64,000 nucleotides of DNA, from contig JBBQQR010000001.1 in assembly GCA_038215615.1 (NCBI GenBank), positions 64,001 to 128,000 of the forward strand, written 5' to 3'. The notes below the pieces were generated by a model. It was not told where the DNA came from and did no database searches. It saw only the letters and a program-made list of their open reading frames with translations. A program made the position numbers and the translations under genes. The DNA comes from Vulcanimicrobiales bacterium (GTDB lineage: Bacteria > Vulcanimicrobiota > Vulcanimicrobiia > Vulcanimicrobiales > Vulcanimicrobiaceae). Shown piece by piece: positions 56,632 to 64,000 of this stretch; positions within the stretch are counted from its first letter, which is position 1; every line of letters begins with the position of its first letter.

Positions 56632-57339
56632 CTAGGCCGGGGCGCCCGCGGGGGCATCACTCATTATAACGCCGTCGAGCATGCGCAGGATGCGCCTCGA
56701 GCGCTTGGCGACGCCTTCGTCATGGGTCACCACGATGATCGTGCGCCCGCCCGCGCTCAAGCGGTCGAAGAGGGCGAGGATTTCCGAGCTCGTCTTTGAG
56801 TCGAGGTTGCCGGTCGGTTCGTCGGCCAGCAGCACGGCCGGATCGTTGACCAGGGCCCGCGCGATAGCGACGCGCTGCTGCTCTCCGCCGGAGAGCTCGG
56901 TCGGCTTGTGGCGCGCCCGCTCGCCGATTCCGACCTCGGTGAGCCGCTCCAGGGCCCGCCGCTCGCGTTCTTTAGCGGGCATGCCCGCATAGAAGAGCGG
57001 CAGCGTCACGTTGCGCAGTGCATCGGTACGCGCCAGTAGGTTGAAGCCTTGAAACACGAAGCCGAGCTTCTTCAGGCGAATCTCCGCGAGCTGGTTGTCG
57101 TCGAGCTGCGAGACGTCGATACCGTCGAGTTTGTACGTCCCGGTCGTCGCGCGATCCAGACAGCCCAGCACGTTCATCAGCGTCGATTTGCCCGAACCCG
57201 ACGGACCCATGATCGCCACGTACTCGCCGCGGTTGATGGAAAACGTCAAGCCACGCAGCGCCTGCACTTGCAGTTCTCCGCTGGCGTACGTTTTGGTCAC
57301 CCCGGCGATGTCGATGACGACGTTGGGGCGATCATTCAT
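56632..57339 (-). CDS. ABC ATPase (MacB/LolD/YknY type)
   Basis: [33 protein letters not shown]; start re-called at MNDRP. Confidence 0.93.
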   Translation of the reverse strand: MNDRPNVVIDIAGVTKTYASGELQVQALRGLTFSINRGEYVAIMGPSGSGKSTLMNVLGCLDRATTGTYKLDGIDVSQLDDNQLAEIRLKKLGFVFQGFNLLARTDALRNVTLPLFYAGMPAKERERRALERLTEVGIGERARHKPTELSGGEQQRVAIARALVNDPAVLLADEPTGNLDSKTSSEILALFDRLSAGGRTIIVVTHDEGVAKRSRRILRMLDGVIMSDAPAGAPA

Positions 57340-58537
57340 AGCGCAGCGCCTGAATCGGATCGAGCTTGGCCGCGCGATACGCGGGATAGGTTCCGAAAAC
57401 AACCGTGACGATCGTTGCAAAACCCACGGCAATGATAATGACTTCGAACCACGGGATGCTGCCCGTCACCCCCGAGATGCGTGCGATGAAGGCACGATCC
57501 ACGATCGCGCCGAGGGCCACGCCCAGGAGCATGCCGGTAATGCATCCAAATGCCGAGAGCAGCAGCGACTCAATGAAGAACTGCAGCAGCACTTGCGAAC
57601 GGCGCGCACCGATCGCTTTGCGGATTCCGATTTCGCGCGTTCTTTCCGTCACGGAAACGAGCATGATGTTCATGATGCCGATGCCGGCGACGACGAGCGA
57701 AATCGCGCCGACGGCGCCGACGATCAGACCGACGATGGCGAAGAAACCGTTGATCGTCTGCGCGAAGAAACCGAAATCGAAGTATTGGTATTGCGAACCG
57801 TGAGTTTGCGTGAGCAGGGCTTGCGTCTGCTTCTCCATCGCTTTGAGATTGGCTCCCTGATCGGCCAAGACGGAGATACCGAAGAAGCTGCTGCCGCGCT
57901 GGTAATTGTTAAAAAACGTCGTCCACGGGATGGCAACGTCGTTGCTGATATCGAAGCCCAGCGCCGCCGTGTCGATCTTGGTCTTGCCCAAAACGCCGAC
58001 AATGACGTATCGCTTGCTCCCGACATAGATCGACGTGCCGAGGACGCTGTCGGGCGAGACCACGTTGGGGAACAGGCGGGTGATAGCGTTGTCGGAGATG
58101 ACGCAAACCGGCGCTGCACGTACTACGTCGTCCGAGTCGAGCGTTCGTCCCGCGGCGAGGGGCGAGGTACTGAACCGCTTGTCGGATTCGCCCCCGAAAC
58201 GCAAGCGCACTCGTTGGTGCCCGGCATCCACGATTACTTGCCGCCGCGAAAACGGAATGACGCTCGATACGCCCGGTATGTTTTGCCGCACGAGCGCCAG
58301 ATCGCTCAACTTGAGCGCGGCGCGAACCACGTTGCCTTGCGTCATTTTTGGAAAGACGAAGAACGTGTTAGCGTTGGTTCCTTTGAAGATACCGCTGACC
58401 GCGCCGGCCATGCCTTGCGCGGCCACTTGCACGGAGACGATCGTGGCGACGCCGACGACCAACCCGATAATCGTCAGAATCGATCGCGTTCGGTTCGCCA
58501 ACAAGACCCGCGCGGCCTCAATGAAATAAGCCAGCAT
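57332..58537 (-). CDS. MacB/FtsX-type ABC permease 2
   Basis: [52 protein letters not shown]. Confidence 0.93.
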   Translation of the reverse strand: MLAYFIEAARVLLANRTRSILTIIGLVVGVATIVSVQVAAQGMAGAVSGIFKGTNANTFFVFPKMTQGNVVRAALKLSDLALVRQNIPGVSSVIPFSRRQVIVDAGHQRVRLRFGGESDKRFSTSPLAAGRTLDSDDVVRAAPVCVISDNAITRLFPNVVSPDSVLGTSIYVGSKRYVIVGVLGKTKIDTAALGFDISNDVAIPWTTFFNNYQRGSSFFGISVLADQGANLKAMEKQTQALLTQTHGSQYQYFDFGFFAQTINGFFAIVGLIVGAVGAISLVVAGIGIMNIMLVSVTERTREIGIRKAIGARRSQVLLQFFIESLLLSAFGCITGMLLGVALGAIVDRAFIARISGVTGSIPWFEVIIIAVGFATIVTVVFGTYPAYRAAKLDPIQALRYE

Positions 58538-59730
58538 CAGCCGCGCAGCGCTTCCACCGGGTCGAGTCTTCCGGCGCGCGCGGCCGGGTAGGAACCAAAA
58601 CCGATTCCCACAGCCAGCGAGAACCCGGCGGCGATTCCGATGACGAGCGCCCACGGCACCGGCGCCGCGCCGACGCTGTGCTTGATAGCCGGGAGCATCA
58701 GCAGCACGAGGGTCACGCCGATGATCGATCCGACAAATCCTCCGCCGAGCGAAAGCAAAATGGCTTCGATCAGAAACTGCATGGATATCTCGCGGGCGTT
58801 GGCGCCGATCGACTTGCGTATCCCGATTTCGCGCGTGCGCTCACTCACCGATACGAGCATGATGTTCATGATGCCGACGCCGGCAACGAAAAGCGCGACT
58901 CCGCCGATAAACGTCAGCCCGACCCCGATGAAATTGAGGACGTTTTCGAAGACGCCGTTGAACGCAAGTTGATCCTGCACCGTGTATTCGGCATGCGAGT
59001 GTATGCGCGCCATCGCCGCTTTTACGTCGAGGATCACTTGGACCGGGTTTTGCGACCGGCTTACGGGCCAAAACTCGATGTAGTCGATCGGGCCGGGCGC
59101 GATCCGGCGCATGGTCGTGTACGGGACGTAGATAGCCTCTCCGATCAAACTGCGGAAGAGGTTCGCCTTGATGGAGACCACGCCGATAACGGTAAGCCGC
59201 TGCGTGCCGATGTTGATGGTATGGCCGACGGCGTCACCGCTGGGGAAGAACGCTTGAGCGGCGTCGCGGGAGAGGATAGCGACGTTGGCGCCGGCCGCGA
59301 TGTCGGCCGTATCGGTCAGGCGGCCGGAGTCGACGACAAAGCCCGTCTCTTGGGTGAGTTCGCGCGAAGAAGTGACGCTGATGAACTCGCTTTTTCCACT
59401 GACCGTGACGCGGTATGGGCGCTGCTGATAGATCGGAACGGCTCGCGAGACCGAGCCCGAAGCGTACGACTGCATCAGCGCGGCGTCGCGATAATACATC
59501 GTTGCGGCGGCCGGATTATTCTGCGATTGGTCGGGGATGATGATGAAACCAGGATCGCCGCCGCTGGCGATCGCCTGTTTCATGCCGCCCGAGGCAGCTT
59601 GGCTCAAACCGAGAACCGCGATCACCGAGGCGATCCCGATGATCATCCCGAGCGCCGAGAGCGCCGAACGCGAGCGGTGGCGCCAGATGCTTTCGAACGC
59701 TTCCGGGATGTACGCCAGAAAGCGCGGCAT
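58537..59730 (-). CDS. MacB/FtsX-type ABC permease 1
   Basis: [54 protein letters not shown]. Confidence 0.93.
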   Translation of the reverse strand: MPRFLAYIPEAFESIWRHRSRSALSALGMIIGIASVIAVLGLSQAASGGMKQAIASGGDPGFIIIPDQSQNNPAAATMYYRDAALMQSYASGSVSRAVPIYQQRPYRVTVSGKSEFISVTSSRELTQETGFVVDSGRLTDTADIAAGANVAILSRDAAQAFFPSGDAVGHTINIGTQRLTVIGVVSIKANLFRSLIGEAIYVPYTTMRRIAPGPIDYIEFWPVSRSQNPVQVILDVKAAMARIHSHAEYTVQDQLAFNGVFENVLNFIGVGLTFIGGVALFVAGVGIMNIMLVSVSERTREIGIRKSIGANAREISMQFLIEAILLSLGGGFVGSIIGVTLVLLMLPAIKHSVGAAPVPWALVIGIAAGFSLAVGIGFGSYPAARAGRLDPVEALRG

Positions 59731-61025
59731 TAGCTCGCGGGTGTCGCTTTACCGGCCGGCGTCGTCGTCACAGATTGTCCGTCGTGCAGGAGCGGGTTAC
59801 GCGCAGCGACGATTGAGTCGCCGGGAAGCAGTCCGGACTTCACCACCGTTTGCGTGTCGTTCTTGGGACCGGTACCGACGTAGGTTTTCACCAGTTTGCC
59901 TTTGCGCACGACGTAAACGTAAGCACCTCTGCCGTCTTTGTTGACCGCCGCGCTGAGTACGACGACAGCGTTGCGCACGTCGGTCGTGAGAATGTCGACG
60001 TCGACGCTCATGCCGTCCCGTAAAAACACCGGCGAGCCGTCGAGGCGGATCGTGGTCACCACTTGCTTGGCCGTGCTTGAGGGATCGGTGGATTTGGTCG
60101 CGACCGGAGCGATCGCGGCGACGTAACCCGTGAGCGTGCGTCCCGGAAAATCTTCGCCGGTGATCTTCACGCGCTGGCCGGTTCTGACGTTGATGATATC
60201 CTGTTCGTCGACTTGTGCCTTTACGATGAATCCGCCGCCCGCGGCGATCGTGAAGAGCGCTTGTCCCGCGACGACCGGATCGCCCGGCCGCAGCGACGTG
60301 AGCGGGTCGGCCGGCTGCGACGCAACCGTTTGAATGGTGCCGTCCACCGGCGCGGTGATGCGCGTGAAACCGAGCTGCTGCTGATTCGATTGGTTGACGA
60401 TCGCCGCTTTTTGCGCGGCCGCTTGCGCGTATTGCACGCTGTTTTGACCGTAGCCGGTCACGGCGCCAAGCTGCATCTGGCGCGTCGCTTGACCGTATTG
60501 CACTTGCGCTTGGTCGAGCTTGGCTTTGTCAACGTCTAGCTGGTTCCGCGGAATCGCCTTATTGTTGAAGAGGCTGACGTCGGCTTTGTAGATGCGTTGA
60601 GCTTCGTCGAGGTTGGTCTTGGCGGTTTGCACTGCGGCTTCGTAGGAAACCTTAGCGTTCTGCTCGTTTACCTGCGCCGTGCTGATGTTCGCAGTAGCCG
60701 AATTATAATCGGCCTGCGAACCCGCGGCAGTTGCCGCAAGCGTCGGGTTTACCACAGTTGCGAGCAGTTGCCCGGCGGAAACGTTGTCTCCGGCTCTGAC
60801 ATAGATCTGCTCGAGGTTGCCGGAGATAAGGGCGGGGATTGTGGCCATGCGCGGACGCTGAACCGTTCCGGTCTCAGGAAGATTCGTGCTAAACGTGGTC
60901 CGTTTAACGGCGGTTACCGTTACTGCGGTCGTCGTGCGTTGACCGCGCCCCGCCAAGACCGCCACTACGACAAGCAAAGCGAGGGCTGCGACGATGATGA
61001 CGAGATTGCGTGTTCGTTTGCTCAT
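59730..61025 (-). CDS. Periplasmic adaptor (MFP, MacA/YknX-like)
   Basis: TM anchor, VRAGDNVSAGQLL, coiled hairpin, ITAPVDG, VDEQDI, GMSV. Confidence 0.9.
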   Translation of the reverse strand: MSKRTRNLVIIVAALALLVVVAVLAGRGQRTTTAVTVTAVKRTTFSTNLPETGTVQRPRMATIPALISGNLEQIYVRAGDNVSAGQLLATVVNPTLAATAAGSQADYNSATANISTAQVNEQNAKVSYEAAVQTAKTNLDEAQRIYKADVSLFNNKAIPRNQLDVDKAKLDQAQVQYGQATRQMQLGAVTGYGQNSVQYAQAAAQKAAIVNQSNQQQLGFTRITAPVDGTIQTVASQPADPLTSLRPGDPVVAGQALFTIAAGGGFIVKAQVDEQDIINVRTGQRVKITGEDFPGRTLTGYVAAIAPVATKSTDPSSTAKQVVTTIRLDGSPVFLRDGMSVDVDILTTDVRNAVVVLSAAVNKDGRGAYVYVVRKGKLVKTYVGTGPKNDTQTVVKSGLLPGDSIVAARNPLLHDGQSVTTTPAGKATPAS

Positions 61026-61043
61026 CGATGATTCTCCGTAAGG

Positions 61044-62438
61044 TTAGAGTCCGGCGACCGCGCTGGGCGCATCGTAGATGCCGAGCGCTACGCGCAGCTT
61101 AATGACGGCTTCAACGTAGGCGACGCGCGCGTTGTAAAGATCGATCTGTGAAGAGAACGCCGCTTCTTGCGCCAGAAGCACGTCGCTAATTGCAATTAAT
61201 CCGTTTTGGTACTGCACCTGCGCAACACGCGCGGATTCCACCGCGGCGCGCACTTCCCCGCCCGCGTATTGTAACTGCGCTTTAGCGGTCTGAGCGGCGC
61301 GGAACGCTTGACGCACTTCCAACGCCACCTGACCGTTCGTCGTGTCGAGCGCGTTCTGCGCGGCTGCTACCTGGGCGTCATCGTTCTGACGTTCCGCATG
61401 GCGCGCGCCATAATCCCAGAGCGGCAGCGTGAACGTGCTGACGGCTTGCAATTGCCAGAAGCCGGGCGATCCGCGCGGAACTTTGGGCGCCTGACCGGGC
61501 GGAAACTGCGAGTCGATCTGCTCCTGCAGCAGCACGGCATTCGTGGGCGAGAACTGGTTGCCGAAGAACGCCGACATCTGCACTTGCGGAAAGAGTTCGC
61601 GATCGAAGCCTTTGCGCGCGAGCTGCGCTGCCGACAAACTCGATTGAGCGCTAACGACGTCGGGCCGGTTGGCCTGCGCGATCGCGATCAGGCGGTCGAG
61701 CGGCTCGGCCGGAAGCGGCGGCTGCGCGATCTGCGCCGGTATATCAAAGGCGGTGTCCAGCGGAGCGCCGATCAATTGCGCCAGGGTTTCGCGCGCGTCG
61801 GCGGCTTGAGAGCGATCGGCGACCAGCGTGGAGCGGCTTTTCTCTTCCGAAGCTTGGGCTCGTAGTACGTCAACGCCCGCAACGACGCCCGCGCGTTCCT
61901 TGGCTTGCGCGTCCGTCAGCAGCACGTGTTGATACTGCACGTCCGAAGCGGCGAGGCGCGCTGTTTCGTCTTTGGTGGCAACCGCGTAGAAGTCGGCCGC
62001 TACGCTGTTGGCCAGTTGATCGCGAGTCTGCCGCAAGTCCGCTTGCGCACCCGCTTCCTGAGCTTTGGCAGCGAACGCTTGGAGCGTCGAGAGGAAGCCC
62101 GTATCGAAAGTATAGTTCGTGCCGATCTGCGCGGTGTTCTGGCTGAACGTGCGCTGCTGCGACAATCCCGCGATCGCGAAGTTTCCTTGGAGGTTATTGG
62201 ATTTCTGCGCGTAGTTTTGCAGCTGCCCCGTCAGGTTCGGCAGCGAGAGCGAATGCAGTTTGACGTATTGCTGATGCAGTTGCGCGACGGCGGCCTGCTG
62301 TTTGATGATCTGCGGGCTGTGCTCCATTGCGTAGCGCACCGCCGCTGCTAAATTCAAACCTGCGGCGCCGGCTGATGCCGGCGCCGCAAGAGAGAGAATG
62401 ACCGACGCTGCCGCTACCGCGGCGCCGCGGAAACCCAT
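61044..62438 (-). CDS. TolC family outer-membrane efflux protein
   Basis: Signal peptide; ANRPDV, PLWDYG, YQNG...DVL two-repeat OEP pattern. Confidence 0.88.
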   Translation of the reverse strand: MGFRGAAVAAASVILSLAAPASAGAAGLNLAAAVRYAMEHSPQIIKQQAAVAQLHQQYVKLHSLSLPNLTGQLQNYAQKSNNLQGNFAIAGLSQQRTFSQNTAQIGTNYTFDTGFLSTLQAFAAKAQEAGAQADLRQTRDQLANSVAADFYAVATKDETARLAASDVQYQHVLLTDAQAKERAGVVAGVDVLRAQASEEKSRSTLVADRSQAADARETLAQLIGAPLDTAFDIPAQIAQPPLPAEPLDRLIAIAQANRPDVVSAQSSLSAAQLARKGFDRELFPQVQMSAFFGNQFSPTNAVLLQEQIDSQFPPGQAPKVPRGSPGFWQLQAVSTFTLPLWDYGARHAERQNDDAQVAAAQNALDTTNGQVALEVRQAFRAAQTAKAQLQYAGGEVRAAVESARVAQVQYQNGLIAISDVLLAQEAAFSSQIDLYNARVAYVEAVIKLRVALGIYDAPSAVAGL

Positions 62439-62445
62439 CGATGCC

Positions 62446-63198
62446 TTACGCGAATCCCGCGTTGTGCGCCGCACCGAATGCCGCGGCTGCCACCAAGGCG
62501 CCCAACAGGGTGATTAACACTGCAAAACCCCAGGCAACGCCCGGACTCGTGCGTCCCGTGACGCGCAGCATCGTCGCGTTCAGGAAAAGACCCCAGAGCG
62601 AGAAGATGCTGATTCCCGTCAGGAACATGACCGTTGCTGCTGAGGCGCCGTGCGGTGCGAGATAGGCCAAGCTCGGCATCGACCTGGCGATATCCATGGA
62701 ACTGCTGAAAGCGTCGGGGCCGCGCACCATCGCGATGACGCCGACGATGACCGAACCGAGGGCAAACGTCGGAATCGCGATGTTCATCGAGCCTGCCCAC
62801 AAACGTTTAAAGTCGGCTTGCCCTTTTCCGACCGCGTTCCCGATCAGCGTGAAGAGCGTGTTGAACAGGACGATGACGAACAGTATAACCGCGATGAAAA
62901 AATAGGGGATAACCGACGCCTGTCCCGCGCGCGCGACGATCTCCGCCTTTTTCGCGGGCGTTAAATTCGCGAAGAAAGAACTTGTGGCCATCATCTGCTG
63001 AGTTTGGATGACGCCGGCGTGGCGCGCCGCAGGTCCTTGCAGATACGTTCCGATCAAGAGCAGTACGATCGCAATGAGGCAAGCCCAACCCCAGGTCGGG
63101 GCGACCCGCAGCGTTTCAAAGGCGTCGGATGGCGCCGCAATCGTATTCATAACGGTAGATAAACCGCTTGCTTTAGCAGCCGGAGCTGAGCTTTCCAT
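62446..63198 (-). CDS. Yip1/YknW-family membrane protein
   Basis: IAAPSDAFETL..P.W, five TM segments, SIFSLW; GGGAGG RBS. Confidence 0.8.
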   Translation of the reverse strand: MESSAPAAKASGLSTVMNTIAAPSDAFETLRVAPTWGWACLIAIVLLLIGTYLQGPAARHAGVIQTQQMMATSSFFANLTPAKKAEIVARAGQASVIPYFFIAVILFVIVLFNTLFTLIGNAVGKGQADFKRLWAGSMNIAIPTFALGSVIVGVIAMVRGPDAFSSSMDIARSMPSLAYLAPHGASAATVMFLTGISIFSLWGLFLNATMLRVTGRTSPGVAWGFAVLITLLGALVAAAAFGAAHNAGFA

Positions 63199-63241
63199 GA
63201 ATTTCCCCTCCCGTTCGAAACCGAACGTCACCGTCCGGCAA

Positions 63242-63268
63242 TACGCCGTCGGCTTCGGGATTGTTTCA
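63242..63268 (-). promoter_or_regulatory. ECF (SigW-like) promoter
   Basis: Minus strand TGAAAC-N17-CGTA, about 45 nt upstream of the Yip1 gene start. Confidence 0.6.
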
Positions 63269-63289
63269 CGGGGCGGCGAGCGCCGCCTT

Positions 63290-63577
63290 TTAGGGGTGCG
63301 GGGACGCGGTCGCGTTCAAAAAGCGATCTATCGGAATCCCTCGCTCCACGGCTCGTTTTACGCGCTCGAGCTGTGCTTCATGCAGTTCCAGCAACTTCAA
63401 CTGCAGTATGATGCGCGCGCGGCGCAAGGCGCGGCGGGAGTAGATTTCGATTCCGGCGGCCGGCGGCGCGAAGTTCGGATGCCGGGAGTGGCGCGCGTGT
63501 CGGTGATGGGTCGCCGGTGCGGCCGCAAGCAGGCAGAGCGAGGTCAGCGCCAGCACGGCGCGGTATCGGTCGAGCAT
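63290..63577 (-). CDS. Small secreted hypothetical protein (His/Arg-rich)
   Basis: GGAGG RBS, signal peptide-like N-terminus. Confidence 0.6.
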   Translation of the reverse strand: MLDRYRAVLALTSLCLLAAAPATHHRHARHSRHPNFAPPAAGIEIYSRRALRRARIILQLKLLELHEAQLERVKRAVERGIPIDRFLNATASPHP

Positions 63578-63628
63578 GATGTCCTCCGTCACTCTAATCA
63601 CGCTCTGCGGCTTTAATGTAAAGATGCG

Positions 63629-64000
63629 GTGAACCTAAACGCGCTAACGGTCCCGGCGCCTCCGGCCGGCCCCTACCTCCGAGTGATTCCGCTAGGCGGC
63701 TGCGGCGAGATCGGCCGTAACATGACCGTGATTGAGACGAACGAGGATCTGGTTGTGGTCGATTGCGGCTTGATGTTTCCCGACGAAGAGATGTACGGCG
63801 TGGACATCGTGATCAACGATTTCACGTATCTGCGCGAGCACCGCGACAAGTTCCGGGCGCTGCTCGTGACGCACGGACACGAAGATCACATCGGGGGCAT
63901 TCCCTATCTCTTACGCGAGTTCAACGTGCCGGTGGTCGGCACGGCGCTAACCATCGCGCTGATCAAAGCCAAATCGCGCGATCATAAAATGATCGGCGAA
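63629..64000 (+). CDS. rnj: Ribonuclease J (5' part, truncated by window edge)
   Basis: LRVIPLGGCGEIGRNM, VVDCGLMFP, THGHEDHIGGIP. Confidence 0.95.
   Translation, partial: MNLNALTVPAPPAGPYLRVIPLGGCGEIGRNMTVIETNEDLVVVDCGLMFPDEEMYGVDIVINDFTYLREHRDKFRALLVTHGHEDHIGGIPYLLREFNVPVVGTALTIALIKAKSRDHKMIGE

Noticed and set aside
63272..63291. GGCGGC/GCCGCC hairpin plus TTTT as a terminator
   Set aside because: The U-tract is on the + strand, where no credible gene ends; function unresolved

Overview
High-GC, densely coding bacterial chromosomal region made up mostly of housekeeping genes. I found no tRNA, rRNA, CRISPR array, prophage or IS element. It combines Terrabacteria-type genes (scpAB, rnj, pdxST, SpoIIIAA/Ycf45-R3H, a decarboxylase-tmk-holB cluster) with outer-membrane TolC/RND components, which suggests a diderm terrabacterial lineage such as Ca. 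Eremiobacterota/Vulcanimicrobiota (inference only). Gene order: scpA'-scpB-nfo-dinB-ybjQ; an Fe-S RecB-family nuclease + degenerate UvrD-like helicase + GNAT operon; ubiX; ispE + NTP-transferase; a large glycoside hydrolase; pdxST-HNH; amino-acid decarboxylase; tmk-holB; mtnP; DUF151; ychF-gdh; lpdA-lipB-lipA-RND-putative OMP-SGNH lipoprotein-rhodanese; mutY; two S9 peptidases; Tat multicopper oxidase; nth; an internally deleted S9 peptidase; VIT1; acyl-CoA dehydrogenase; scoAB; ABC transporters; dnaK-grpE-dnaJ; htrA; a Yip1-TolC-MFP-2xMacB-ATPase envelope operon; rnj'. Most notable non-obvious signals: (1) a modular palindromic repeat family, with one copy translated as the LipB C-terminus and another supplying the start codon of the RND gene; (2) tmk lacks a canonical start and probably begins at CTG, in frame behind an inserted secreted-protein gene; (3) a split and reordered AdnA/AddB-like nuclease + motor-degenerate helicase + GNAT operon; (4) a SigW-like promoter before the YknWXYZ-like TolC operon; (5) a recurring RGG-N15-18-(C)GWA motif about 10 nt before many starts; (6) a long hairpin between dnaK and grpE. 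Several starts were re-called from the ORF track using conserved N-terminal motifs and stop/start overlaps.
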